A stretch of 38,282 nucleotides of DNA from positions 1 to 38,282 of IMG/VR virus record IMGVR_UViG_3300012942_000024. The stretch is one strand, 5' to 3'. This DNA is from a virus (lineage: Duplodnaviria; Caudoviricetes). Each line of letters begins with the position of its first letter. Positions within the stretch are counted from its first letter, which is position 1. The notes below the pieces were generated by a model. The model did not search any database and had not been told where the DNA came from. It worked only from the letters and a program-made list of their open reading frames with translations. Below, piece after piece: positions 17,142 through 26,583 of this stretch. Both the position numbers and the translations under genes were made by a program.

Positions 17142-17554
17142 TACCGCACGCTATCCGTGTAGAGGTTCCAGCCGTAGCCTCGCCCGGCGCCACACGGTGC
17201 GTCATTAGCCAACGACAGCGGCATCTCCACCAACCGGTCACGCTGCAAGGCGCGCAGCCCCTCATCCGCGTAGGCAATCACGGCTGCACTGGGATTGATC
17301 TGGTATTCCGGCGCAAGACGAAGGGCGAGGTTGTAGGCAATCGCCTCGTCCGCCTCGGGCGGGCTAGGCATTGTGTCTGACGGGTTGGCCACGTCGTTCC
17401 AGCCCATCGCCATGCCATTGGCTTCCCAGCGCCGGCACATGGCGTTCAGCGCAAGGATCGCCGTCTCGCTGTCTTCAGCGTCCAGCGCCTCGTTGGCATC
17501 CACGGCGCCAAGCAAACGCAAGGCGCGCGTAGTGATGGCAGAAACCGTACTCAC
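17141..17554 (-). CDS. Head-tail adaptor (P22 gp4-like)
   Basis: RALRLLG...ALNAM..WE...AIAYNLALRLAPEY. Confidence 0.82.
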   Translation of the reverse strand: MSTVSAITTRALRLLGAVDANEALDAEDSETAILALNAMCRRWEANGMAMGWNDVANPSDTMPSPPEADEAIAYNLALRLAPEYQINPSAAVIAYADEGLRALQRDRLVEMPLSLANDAPCGAGRGYGWNLYTDSVR

Positions 17555-17721
17555 TGCTCGTCCTTGGGCGGGCGGCCGCGACGCTTCGGCGCGTCTTTGT
17601 CGCCGTCATCGTCCTTGGCATCCGGCGAATCGCGCCAACCCTTGGGCAGATCATCGGAATCGAAAATGGCCGACTCAAGGCCGGCCTCGGTGTTGCGGTA
17701 CATCCAAGTGGGTACGCCCAT
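17551..17721 (-). CDS. Small hypothetical virion-region protein
   Basis: GWRDSP and KRRGRPPK tail; typical position after the coat gene. Confidence 0.65.
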   Translation of the reverse strand: MGVPTWMYRNTEAGLESAIFDSDDLPKGWRDSPDAKDDDGDKDAPKRRGRPPKDEQ

Positions 17722-17731
17722 GACGCCCTCC

Positions 17732-17770
17732 AAAAAAGGGGCGGGGAGGCCACTGCCAGCACTCCCCGCC
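17732..17770 (-). terminator. Rho-independent terminator after the coat/accessory genes
   Basis: Minus strand GGCGGGGAG...CTCCCCGCC stem followed by a T6 tract. Confidence 0.7.
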
Positions 17771-17776
17771 GATGGG

Positions 17777-17980
17777 TTAGGCCGCCTTCACCAAGCCCAG
17801 CGCAACGAGGGCTGCGATGATGCTGGCCGCGTCGGCGGTAGGCTTGTCCGGCTGGTTCACCGGCTCAGTACCAAAAAAACCCACCTTGCTGTCGGCGCTG
17901 ATGCCGACGACGGTGCCTTCGTCGGTGCCGGGAGCCGCGCCCCACTTGCTGGGGGTCTGATCCACTGCGAGATTGCTCAT
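17777..17980 (-). CDS. Capsid-associated/decoration-like small protein
   Basis: KVGFFGTEPV...IIAALVALGL; directly after the coat gene. Confidence 0.65.
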   Translation of the reverse strand: MSNLAVDQTPSKWGAAPGTDEGTVVGISADSKVGFFGTEPVNQPDKPTADAASIIAALVALGLVKAA

Positions 17981-17991
17981 GTCGTCTCTCC

Positions 17992-19197
17992 TCAGAGGCC
18001 GGTGACGGTGGCGGGGACGCGCACGGCCAATTCGGGGCGAAGCACGCCCGCGCCGTACACGATGTCGAAGCGGCTGATGAACATGTCGTTCACCATGTCG
18101 TAGCCGTTCTGGAACCGCAGCGTGATGCCCTTGTACGTGCGGCTCGCGCTGTCCACGCCATAACCCTTGGGCGGGTTCGGCAGGTCAGCCGTCACGAAGT
18201 AGAAGGCGTCCTTCACGAACGCCACGTTCTGCGCGTAGTTCGTGCTGCTGGTGCCCTTGACGGTGATGGCCGCATTGTCAGCTGGGGCGGCCGAAACGTT
18301 CTGCTCGGTGCCACTGGCGATGATCGCCGGGGTGATCTGCAACGTGGTCGTGGTGGACGCTACGGCGGACGTCACGGTGAACTGCTTCAGCCCCGCCAAC
18401 ACCTGCTTGGTCTGCGGGTGCACGTCGTAGACACCAGCGATGGTGAAGGTGTCGCCGATGTTCAACGAGCCCGTGCCGGTATCGACCGTCAGCGTGCTGC
18501 CAGTCTGGTTGGCGCCATTGACCAGGTAGCCGGCAGCCGTGCCGCGCGACACATAACTGGTCAGGTTGGACGAGAACCAGTCGAAGCCCAGGGTGTCGGT
18601 GTACATGGCACCCTTGCGGTACTGACGATCCACCTTGCTCTGCGAGTTGAAGTAACCCGACAGCGCATTCACCATGTCCACCTGCGAGTAGGTGTTAACC
18701 ATGAAGTTGCGGTCGCGCTTGGTCGCCAGCTGGCTGTCCAGGTAGGCTCCGGCCTGCAGGATGGTCTTGGGGTCGTCCAACGCGCCGTAGTCGCCCACGG
18801 TCGCCGGCACCAGTGGCACCACCCGATTGATCACGTCCGCTTCCACGGCGGTGATCAGGTCGGGGATCTTGGTATCGATGAACTGTTCCTGGTAGTCATC
18901 GATCTGCATCGCCAGCTCGGCGCTGGTCGCTCCGGTATCGACGCCCTTGTAGGAGTCGATCTTGACTGGGATGACCTTGTCCACCTGCGGCTGGATATCC
19001 ATGATCCGGCCGTCGCGAATCTTCGCCCGCTGGGGCACGCGAACGGACACGGTATCGCCGACTTTCGCGCCGCCGCGATAGCCGAACTGGTCGTCGTACT
19101 GGGTGTTGATGAGGGACAGGAACGACGGGGTTTCCGTCAGCACCGCGAGGGCGCGATCCACGATCTTCTGCGTGGTGAGAAGCTGATTGCCAGCCAT
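17992..19197 (-). CDS. Major capsid protein (P22 coat family)
   Basis: 401 aa; GAKVGDTVSVRVP, GDTFTIAGV and RFDIVYG..VLRPELAVR motifs. Confidence 0.92.
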   Translation of the reverse strand: MAGNQLLTTQKIVDRALAVLTETPSFLSLINTQYDDQFGYRGGAKVGDTVSVRVPQRAKIRDGRIMDIQPQVDKVIPVKIDSYKGVDTGATSAELAMQIDDYQEQFIDTKIPDLITAVEADVINRVVPLVPATVGDYGALDDPKTILQAGAYLDSQLATKRDRNFMVNTYSQVDMVNALSGYFNSQSKVDRQYRKGAMYTDTLGFDWFSSNLTSYVSRGTAAGYLVNGANQTGSTLTVDTGTGSLNIGDTFTIAGVYDVHPQTKQVLAGLKQFTVTSAVASTTTTLQITPAIIASGTEQNVSAAPADNAAITVKGTSSTNYAQNVAFVKDAFYFVTADLPNPPKGYGVDSASRTYKGITLRFQNGYDMVNDMFISRFDIVYGAGVLRPELAVRVPATVTGL

Positions 19198-19225
19198 TGA
19201 ATGAATCTCCGCAAGGGTTGCCCGC

Positions 19226-20128
19226 TCAGCGGCGGGCCTTTTCCCTCACGGCGGCAATGTGGTCTGCCATGTCTTCCATCGTTTTCACGCCGGGAGCCGC
19301 AGCGGACACACGATTCGCCACCGGAGGGGCGCGTGTGATCTGTGCGGGTTGACTCGGGGTCTTCGGAGCGATCAGGCGATCTTCCAGGCGCGCCAGTGCG
19401 GCACCGGCCGCGTAAGGTGGCATCTGGGCGATCGTCGCCGCCTCGTCAGGGTGTTGCCCCAGGTGATACGCCAGTGCAGGACCGTTTTCGGAAGCCTTGA
19501 TGACCTCGGCCATCGTCTCGGAAATGGGTAATGCCTGATTGCCGAACACCACGTCGTAGAAATCGTCGTGATCGTTGGCAAAGGCATCGGCCCGCTTCTT
19601 GAATTCGGCCTCGGTTTCCTGCTGCTTGCGTTGCGCGTCAGCTTTCGTGCGCTCTTCTTCGGTCTTGCGGAAGATTTCCTGCGCCTTGCGCTCGGCAAGG
19701 GCGGCGAGGAACTTTTCCTGATCGAAGTCGAACGCTTCGAGCGTCAGCGGAGAATCGGCACCTTGGGTCGGTTGATGCGTCGCGTTCTGCTGGCCAGTGA
19801 GCGCGAGGAGTTGGGCTTTCAGGGCCTCTTTCTCGCGCCGTTCCTGCTCAGCTTCCCGCTTCGCCTCGTATTTTTCCCGTGTCAACTCGCCGATGCGGTT
19901 GTGCACTCCGGGCTTTTTCCTGGGCTTCGCCTTGGCGTCGGAATCCGGCTCACCGCCTTCATCGTGGCCCTCGTCGCTTCCCTCTTCATGCCCGGCGTCA
20001 CCCGCCGCATCATCTACAGAGGCTGCCGCTTCCTCTCGCTCGGTCGGCTCATCCGACACGGTTTCGGCCACACGCGCATCGTCCGATGCGAAGTTCTTTT
20101 CGATTGCTTCAATTGCTTCAGCGCCCAT
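19226..20128 (-). CDS. Scaffolding protein
   Basis: Acidic N-terminus, RIGELT coiled coil, GPALAYHLG; between portal and coat. Confidence 0.85.
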   Translation of the reverse strand: MGAEAIEAIEKNFASDDARVAETVSDEPTEREEAAASVDDAAGDAGHEEGSDEGHDEGGEPDSDAKAKPRKKPGVHNRIGELTREKYEAKREAEQERREKEALKAQLLALTGQQNATHQPTQGADSPLTLEAFDFDQEKFLAALAERKAQEIFRKTEEERTKADAQRKQQETEAEFKKRADAFANDHDDFYDVVFGNQALPISETMAEVIKASENGPALAYHLGQHPDEAATIAQMPPYAAGAALARLEDRLIAPKTPSQPAQITRAPPVANRVSAAAPGVKTMEDMADHIAAVREKARR

Positions 20129-20197
20129 TGGCGAGTAGTTCCATGCCCAAGGAAACGCCTTGGTTCGTGGACATGACTCTGCGCAGCGGTCAAGGGC

Positions 20198-20209
20198 ATG
20201 TCATCCCAC
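20198..20209 (-). promoter_or_regulatory. Late promoter-like motif GTGGGATGACAT (copy 3, upstream of scaffold/coat)
   Basis: Exact 12-mer repeat. Confidence 0.65.
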
Positions 20210-22243
20210 GTTGCCCATGGGCACGCCGACAGCGGCCGGCGGGGCGAACATCGACTGTCCGGGCATCCGTGGAATGCCTTGCATGACGGATGCGGCCAGC
20301 GCGTGGCGCACGCCTTGTTCTTCCGTCATGCGCTGGTTTTCCAACATCGTCTGCTGCGCTTCGGCCCCGTACTTCGCGGCCTGCGCTTTGGATTTCTCCG
20401 CGTCCGCCACGTCCTTCGGGTTCGGCTGCGGTGGTTGCGGTGGCGTGTCGCCTTCGCCTGGTTCAAGCAACCCGGAGTTGACCGCCAATCGGCGCGCGCC
20501 CTCCAGGATGTCATCGACACCCGGAAGGTCCATGTTCTTGATCGCGAGATAAAACGCCAGAGGTTGCAGCGGGCCACCGGCCTGTACCAACTGCATCATC
20601 GCGTCCAGCGTCTCCATGCGCGACGTGGCAAAGCTCGGCCCGGTCGTCACGGTGACGTCATAGCGGCCCTGCGAAAGGTCGTTGACCTTCACCCACTGCC
20701 CCGTGGCCTGATCGAAAACGGGCTTGTTGATGCGGATGTAATCCTCGCTGCCATCGTCGCCGAGAATGCGGATTTGGCGATCGGTGTCGTAAATGTGCGG
20801 GATCAGATCGTTGATGATCTCGCCGGTGTACTGGATCGCGCGGGCGATGTTGTCCGAGTAATCGAAGGTCGTGGTGTCGGTCTGCCGCTGACGACTCTGG
20901 ATCGCCCGGCCGCTGGTTTCGTTGCCCTGTGCGCCCAGGCTCGCGTCATACACGCCAGTGGTCGCCTTGATGTCGTCGGCATCCATGGAACTGGCATTCG
21001 CCATCGCTGCAGGGAATTGCGGCGGAGCGTCGCGCGTGGGGGCGGTGCTGGCCGCCTGCGGGTCGGGGTTGTAGGGCAGGCCAAGGGGGTTGTCGCGCCC
21101 CTGCCGCTGCCATATCGACTCGTAACCCTCGATCTGCTTTGCGGTGTACAACCACGGCGCGCGTGGCTGGTTGGCGATGATCTCGACGAGGTTCGAGCGG
21201 TTGTAGTTGTAGAGCGTCTGGGCGTCGCGCGCCATGCGCGTCATGCCGTACCACTCATCCTTGCCCTCGACGTTAACGATGTCGCCCCACACTGGCACGA
21301 TGGGGATGAACTTGCCTGCCCAGTCGGTCGGGCCTTCCAGCACCTCGGCGCCGGAAATCACTTCCATGCGGATTTTGGTCGTACTGACCTCGCGGCTCTG
21401 CACCACGGTGACCGGTGGCGACACAGGCTGCCCGGTTTGCGGGTCGATGGGCGGATTCGCCGCATCATCCGCCAGCGCGTCCCATTCGTCGGCATCGACC
21501 ACGCGGCCATCGGATAGTTGATGGATCGTTTTCTTCGCCGTTTCCTTGTACCAATATTCCGCGATGCGGACGAAATCCTCGCCGAACCAGTCGCCGAAGC
21601 GGTCGCCATCGCGGCCCGGTCCATCAAAGCTCTTCAGCTCCTTGCCGGGGTATTTCGCCTTGAAATCCGCCTTGCTCAGGCGGCTCTCGATGAAAGCGAA
21701 ACGCGCATCGCGGCGATCCAGTTCGCGCGCCGCAGGGTCGAACCACACCGACAGTGGGTTCTGGATGCGCTTGATGCAGATATCCTGATCGAAGGATCCC
21801 TCATCAGCGTATTCGGTGGCGATCGTCCAGCAACCAAAGCCGCAGGTGATCGCGTACATCGCGCCCCAGTCGTAAGCCTCGTCGGCTTTCGAGCGTGACT
21901 CCACATTGCGGATCAACCCCTGACGAATGTCCGCCAGTTCCTTGTCGCCATCCTCGGTCGCGCGCACCTTGATCGATGGCGTGTTTTTGCGGTTGTCGTT
22001 GATGACCTGCTTGATCGTGGGCCGCAGCTTGTTGAACTCGTATTTCGGCCGGTTGCCGCGATATTCGCCGAGATGGCCGTCCCATTGGTGGCCGGCGATC
22101 ATTACGAACTTGAGGTCATCCAGCCACGCGCGGCGCAGCTCGCTTTCAGCGTCCTGGCACGACGCGAAGCGCTTGCGGATACCCGCCATGCGCGTCTCGG
22201 TATTGACCGGCTCCGTCGAATCGGTCTTGTCGTACTCGGCCAT
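20201..22243 (-). CDS. Portal protein (P22-like)
   Basis: DDLKF...GHQW, IPIVPVWG, RDAQTLYNY, ETSGRAI and GRYDVTVTTGPSFAT motifs. Confidence 0.93.
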   Translation of the reverse strand: MAEYDKTDSTEPVNTETRMAGIRKRFASCQDAESELRRAWLDDLKFVMIAGHQWDGHLGEYRGNRPKYEFNKLRPTIKQVINDNRKNTPSIKVRATEDGDKELADIRQGLIRNVESRSKADEAYDWGAMYAITCGFGCWTIATEYADEGSFDQDICIKRIQNPLSVWFDPAARELDRRDARFAFIESRLSKADFKAKYPGKELKSFDGPGRDGDRFGDWFGEDFVRIAEYWYKETAKKTIHQLSDGRVVDADEWDALADDAANPPIDPQTGQPVSPPVTVVQSREVSTTKIRMEVISGAEVLEGPTDWAGKFIPIVPVWGDIVNVEGKDEWYGMTRMARDAQTLYNYNRSNLVEIIANQPRAPWLYTAKQIEGYESIWQRQGRDNPLGLPYNPDPQAASTAPTRDAPPQFPAAMANASSMDADDIKATTGVYDASLGAQGNETSGRAIQSRQRQTDTTTFDYSDNIARAIQYTGEIINDLIPHIYDTDRQIRILGDDGSEDYIRINKPVFDQATGQWVKVNDLSQGRYDVTVTTGPSFATSRMETLDAMMQLVQAGGPLQPLAFYLAIKNMDLPGVDDILEGARRLAVNSGLLEPGEGDTPPQPPQPNPKDVADAEKSKAQAAKYGAEAQQTMLENQRMTEEQGVRHALAASVMQGIPRMPGQSMFAPPAAVGVPMGNVG

Positions 22244-22294
22244 GCGTGGACTCGCGAGAGGATCGCGACGGACTGTTGCAGTCCGGCCCAAAGC

Positions 22295-22306
22295 ATGTCA
22301 TCCCAC
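22295..22306 (-). promoter_or_regulatory. Late promoter-like motif GTGGGATGACAT (copy 2, upstream of portal)
   Basis: Exact 12-mer repeat, intergenic. Confidence 0.65.
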
Positions 22307-22309
22307 GCG

Positions 22310-23806
22310 CTAAGCGAACTCGGAGAGGAACGTCAGCGGTTTGCGGCTGGCAGTGTCTGGCCAGGTAAGCGGCAAATCAGGCTCAGCAATGCGCGCCAGC
22401 CCGTCCAGCATGTCATCATGAAGGGACACCGGGAACGGCTTGTATTCCTGCTGGACGAAGGTATTCACCAGGTCCTCCACCGTGCCCTCGTAGTTCGTGC
22501 GGTGAAGGGTTTCGGGCAGATAGACCTTGCCTTGCTCGAACAGCGGGATCAGGCGCTTGATGCGGTCCGGTTTCGGCGTCTGACCGGCCACTTCGGAGAC
22601 GTCGAACCGATAATTCTCCGACTCTTGCAACGTGCGGATGTATTCGATGTCCGCCATCATGCCGTAGCGCTCATAGCGCACTTCCTTCGGCTTCCACTTG
22701 CGGTGCAACTCCATCAGCAGCTTTCCGCGCTGCGTCAGGTTGAGGCGGTCGCGCACCATGTCCAGCACGTAGTAGTTGCCGTCAGCCGCCAGACCAACCA
22801 CCCACATCGACGTGTAATCGTTGCTCTTTCGCTTGCCGCTGGCGGGATCGCACAAGAGATAGCGATTGGTACCCGGTGACGGGTCTTGCTTCCAGTAGCG
22901 CAGCCAGCCCTCGCGGAAACCCTGCGTCTCGTCGGCCTTGGGGTCCTGCAGCATCTGGCAGGCATACGTGTACGGCCCCATGTCGCGCCGCTTCTCGGCC
23001 AGCGCCTCGCGCGTCATCAGCACTGGCTCGCCCTCGACCGTGCCGTCTTCCGTCGCGGGGTAAAGCCGCGCCTCAGCTGTACCGCGATCAAGTACCGTCT
23101 TGTACGTGTCGTTGTAGTGGTAGCGCGTGCCAATGAAGCGCTTGCGTCCACCGTCCGTGCCCAGGTTGTAGCTAAGCTCAAGCGCCGCCGTCGTCTTGCT
23201 GATCATCTCCGGCGTAGTCACTGACTCGCGCGTCACAATGTCGTCATAGACCAACACGAAAAAGTGTTTGGACGTCGGCTGGCCATCGACCAAGCCCCAC
23301 GCTTCCACCGTCGCCTCTTTCGGGTTGCTCCGGCGCTTAACGACGATACCGTCATCCTCTGACCACTTCGGCGCCTTGCGCGTGTCCTCCCAGAAGATGT
23401 CCGGGAACAACTCGCGCAGCTTGGCATTGCGCTCAAACTCGGTCTTGATCTGGCGCAGAAAGCCTTTCGCGATCGGCCGCGTGTGCGAGAAGATGCCCAC
23501 CGTCACCTCGCGGCCACCCCACTCCGGCAGCGGGTCGTCGCCGTGGCTCGCGATGACGTCCTGGATCGTCTTGCCGAACGTGATGATCGTGGACTTGTAA
23601 TGCTCTCGTGCCCACAGGTCGAGCATGCCATCCGGCCCGGCCTGCACTTCTGCGCAGCGAGCCTTGAGCCACGGCCTGTCGATGTCCTTGCGACCCAGCA
23701 CGTCGGTCAAGAGGTAGAAAAGGTCCTCCCGCGCCCGCTTGCGCGCGTCGCGTCGATCACGCTTTTCCAGCAGCGCCACCAGCTCGCGCTTTTCGTCAGG
23801 GGTCAT
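22310..23806 (-). CDS. terL: Terminase large subunit
   Basis: Walker A-like REHYKST, Walker B LVYDD, IGTRYH, nuclease DPAS...DYT and HDDMLD motifs. Confidence 0.92.
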   Translation of the reverse strand: MTPDEKRELVALLEKRDRRDARKRAREDLFYLLTDVLGRKDIDRPWLKARCAEVQAGPDGMLDLWAREHYKSTIITFGKTIQDVIASHGDDPLPEWGGREVTVGIFSHTRPIAKGFLRQIKTEFERNAKLRELFPDIFWEDTRKAPKWSEDDGIVVKRRSNPKEATVEAWGLVDGQPTSKHFFVLVYDDIVTRESVTTPEMISKTTAALELSYNLGTDGGRKRFIGTRYHYNDTYKTVLDRGTAEARLYPATEDGTVEGEPVLMTREALAEKRRDMGPYTYACQMLQDPKADETQGFREGWLRYWKQDPSPGTNRYLLCDPASGKRKSNDYTSMWVVGLAADGNYYVLDMVRDRLNLTQRGKLLMELHRKWKPKEVRYERYGMMADIEYIRTLQESENYRFDVSEVAGQTPKPDRIKRLIPLFEQGKVYLPETLHRTNYEGTVEDLVNTFVQQEYKPFPVSLHDDMLDGLARIAEPDLPLTWPDTASRKPLTFLSEFA

Positions 23807-24564
23807 GGCGCCGTGATGGACGTCGGCCCGGCAGCCACGGCAGGCTCGCCATCGAACCATGTCGCGTCCTGCACCTGCACGCGGAATAGCTGCGTGTACA
23901 CCTCTCCGTTGTCCAGCGTGGCAACGCACTTCACCCACGCGCAGCCCTGCAGCTGGGCGGTGATGTCCACCTCAGCCTCGCGCCCGGAGATGCGCGCATT
24001 CGCCATCACGACGGTGTAAGTCTGTTCGCAGCGCCACGTTACCGACGCAATCGACCGCGCAGCAGGAATGGCGCCGTTGAAGTTTGCGACAAGGCAGCGT
24101 TTCTCGCCACGCACAAGGCGCGATGCATGCACGCGGTCGCGCTGATAGCCGGAGACATAAGCACGGGTGACTCGTCCAAGCTCGGCACAAGCCACAACCG
24201 GCGGCGCAATCGTCACGTCCAACGCGTAGGGGTTGCTGCTCCTCTGGTCGTCGAGCCAAATAGATATATTTGATCCAGCCGGAACCGTGATCGTCATCGG
24301 TACACCGAGCGCTAGTGGATACGACGCATCAGCGTCGTCTGCGGTCACGCGTATCGATACATCGTCACCGCCGTTCCTCGTCGCGATGAAATCGAAAGGC
24401 TCGGTAGTTGGCGGCCCCAAGTAACGTAGCTGGGTATTATCTGCGTCAGCCAGGAATTCGTAAGCCGAGCCATTCCACTGCGGCGGCGGCGGCGGCAGCT
24501 CGGGCGACCCATGTCCGGGATACCAGCCCCACAGGCTCGGATCAGAAATCGGGTTACCTGCCAC
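23803..24564 (-). CDS. Hypothetical protein (beta-rich, possibly virion-associated)
   Basis: 253-aa ORF translationally coupled between the glycosyltransferase and terL. Confidence 0.65.
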   Translation of the reverse strand: MAGNPISDPSLWGWYPGHGSPELPPPPPQWNGSAYEFLADADNTQLRYLGPPTTEPFDFIATRNGGDDVSIRVTADDADASYPLALGVPMTITVPAGSNISIWLDDQRSSNPYALDVTIAPPVVACAELGRVTRAYVSGYQRDRVHASRLVRGEKRCLVANFNGAIPAARSIASVTWRCEQTYTVVMANARISGREAEVDITAQLQGCAWVKCVATLDNGEVYTQLFRVQVQDATWFDGEPAVAAGPTSITAP

Positions 24565-25102
24565 GGGCCATCTCCAATAGTTCGGGGCGCTGGCGCTGGA
24601 TCACGCGCGCCGGGCTATCGCCGCGCAGACGATAGACATAGACGGCATCGGGCAGGTCAATCACTTCGCGAGCCTTGCGCTCCACATGCGTGCGCAGCGC
24701 CATGGCGTCGTATGCGGGCCAGCGGGAGAAGTCGTGTCCGTCCAGCAACGTGCGCCGGTAGACGGCCAGATGATGCCGCCGATCCGTCGCGCGAAAGTAG
24801 CCGTTCTGCAGCGTGGTTTCGCGCGTGTAGATCGCGTCGCTCCCAGCCTCCAGCGCCGGCATCAGGCAGGCAAAGGCATCCGGCAACACGTAGTCGTCAT
24901 CGTCCACGAACGTCACGTAGGGATGCGAGCCCATCGCATAGCCAGCGGCGCGGGCCTTGCCGATGTGGCCAGGCACCCCATCGACGATATGGACTGCCAC
25001 GGGGTAGCCCGCGCGATCAGCCGCCTCATGCACGCTATCAAGGCACTGCGCCACCCACTCGCGCGGCGTGTCGGGGCTGACGAGGATATGCACGTCAAGC
25101 AT
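24554..25102 (-). CDS. Glycosyltransferase (GT-A/GT2-like)
   Basis: QCLDSV, GKARAAGY and YVTFVDDDDYV (DxD) motifs. Confidence 0.82.
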   Translation of the reverse strand: MLDVHILVSPDTPREWVAQCLDSVHEAADRAGYPVAVHIVDGVPGHIGKARAAGYAMGSHPYVTFVDDDDYVLPDAFACLMPALEAGSDAIYTRETTLQNGYFRATDRRHHLAVYRRTLLDGHDFSRWPAYDAMALRTHVERKAREVIDLPDAVYVYRLRGDSPARVIQRQRPELLEMARGR

Positions 25103-25508
25103 CACGCTTTGCCAGTAGCTCAGCGATGCGCGCATCCAGGTCTGTGTCGCTCACGGTGGCGAGTGGCGCGTCTTTGTCGCCAGCCAGCGTGACGCGGTCG
25201 CCGAATATCTGCGGCGCCTTGCGCTTTGCCTCTTCGAATCGCTGCCACGCCCGAAGTTTTCGGCTATCCGCCGGCTCGGAAGTGTTGTCAACGATGTCCC
25301 GCGTCTCATCGACGAGCGCGTAAGCTCCGCCAACCATGGCTTCGGCGTAACGCCGGCCGAATTCGGGGTTGTCTCGCTTCCAGTCGCACACAGTGCGACG
25401 TCGGATACGCGGGTCATCGCGCTCTAGCTGGGCCATCGTCTTCCCTGACCACAGCGTGTCGATGATCAGCTCTGCCAGCTCATCGCTGTACGTCGTCGGG
25501 GCTCCCAT
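25095..25508 (-). CDS. terS: Terminase small subunit
   Basis: MGAPTTYSDELAELI...RRTVCDW...PEF..RY.EA...APQIFGDR. Confidence 0.85.
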   Translation of the reverse strand: MGAPTTYSDELAELIIDTLWSGKTMAQLERDDPRIRRRTVCDWKRDNPEFGRRYAEAMVGGAYALVDETRDIVDNTSEPADSRKLRAWQRFEEAKRKAPQIFGDRVTLAGDKDAPLATVSDTDLDARIAELLAKRDA

Positions 25509-25559
25509 CGTATTAATCGTCCTCGCTCATGCGCGGCACGTTGCCGCCGCTTAGGTGGC

Positions 25560-25571
25560 ATGTCATCCCAC
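25560..25571 (-). promoter_or_regulatory. Late promoter-like motif GTGGGATGACAT (copy 1, upstream of terS)
   Basis: Exact 12-mer repeat. Confidence 0.65.
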
Positions 25572-25838
25572 GAGACCGACAGCCCGCGACAGCTTGCGCG
25601 CGATCTGCTCTGGACGCTCCATCCGCGTGATCTGCCCGATGTAGTCCTCCGCGTACAGTGCTGCCCATACTTGCTCGATGCGGTAGCGCTGGCTCAGCGC
25701 GTAGACGTCGCCGTGCCGGAGATAGAGGCTGACGGGGGAGTGCGGCAATGCGCGGACGCGGCGGAAAAGGATGTCGGCCGCCTCGTCGATATCGTCGATG
25801 CTGCAGACCGGGATGGGGCTTGCCGGTTTGCCGCTCAT
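25563..25838 (-). CDS. Hypothetical protein
   Basis: 91-aa ORF from MSGKP, coupled to the upstream ORF. Confidence 0.6.
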   Translation of the reverse strand: MSGKPASPIPVCSIDDIDEAADILFRRVRALPHSPVSLYLRHGDVYALSQRYRIEQVWAALYAEDYIGQITRMERPEQIARKLSRAVGLVG

Positions 25839-26035
25839 GTCATCACCCCTTGTCGTTTCCGTTGTCGTGCTTCGCGCTTGAGCATCCGCCGCAGTTCCGC
25901 CGCTTTGCTCTGCATTGCCGCGATGAGCTTGTCCGCCTCGGCAAGCTCCAAAAACTTGTAGTCCGCGCCCATGAACACGGCGACGCGGGTGCCGATGATG
26001 CAGACCTCTGGCTTCAGCGGTGGCATGTGTCGCAC
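25835..26035 (-). CDS. Hypothetical protein
   Basis: 66-aa ORF in operon orientation. Confidence 0.55.
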   Translation of the reverse strand: MRHMPPLKPEVCIIGTRVAVFMGADYKFLELAEADKLIAAMQSKAAELRRMLKREARQRKRQGVMT

Positions 26036-26149
26036 CCCTTGATACGGCCATATGCAAAATTGGAATAAGCAGGCGCTTGACTGACGCGCGTTAGCTGATA
26101 ATATCTACCCATGCCAGCCATTCCGGCGAGGCGCAAACAGGAGAGCGAC

Positions 26150-26368
26150 ATGAGCAACATGCAGATCTTGGTCGGCAAGCGGGTCAAATCCTCCAGGGCG
26201 GCCGACACACGTGACTCGCAGGCTCCGCGTGATCACACCATCGAGCGCGTATGGGCCAACAAAGACGACGGAAAATTCTATGCATGGAGCGCGAATGGAG
26301 CTGGCGGCGAACACCTCAGCGCTGCGAGTGAGAGCCAGTTGATCCGCCGCATCATGTCGTTGGCATGA
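26150..26368 (+). CDS. Moron gene 1, hypothetical
   Basis: AGGAG RBS; upstream TTGACT (26077) and TAATAT (26099) promoter-like boxes; antisense to the operon. Confidence 0.6.
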   Translation: MSNMQILVGKRVKSSRAADTRDSQAPRDHTIERVWANKDDGKFYAWSANGAGGEHLSAASESQLIRRIMSLA

Positions 26369-26583
26369 AGCCCGACGCCTCCCGCCACGATCCAGCTGGC
26401 AAGCAAGCCGGCTGGTCGCGTGCAAACGAGCGCAAGCGCATCGCTGCCGGTGGCCGTAGGCTGCCCGGTGGCGTGCTGCCTGCCGACGCCGCTGACGCGC
26501 TGGCGACGCTGCAGGACGCAGGCTATGCGGCAAGCGCGACGGGCTGCATTGCGCGGGCATTGGTAGAGGCTGCGCGGCGGTAG
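26365..26583 (+). CDS. Moron gene 2, putative small DNA-binding regulator
   Basis: Basic N-terminus, GGRRLPGGVL and helix pair (ribbon-helix-helix-like); ATGA overlap. Confidence 0.55.
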   Translation: MKPDASRHDPAGKQAGWSRANERKRIAAGGRRLPGGVLPADAADALATLQDAGYAASATGCIARALVEAARR

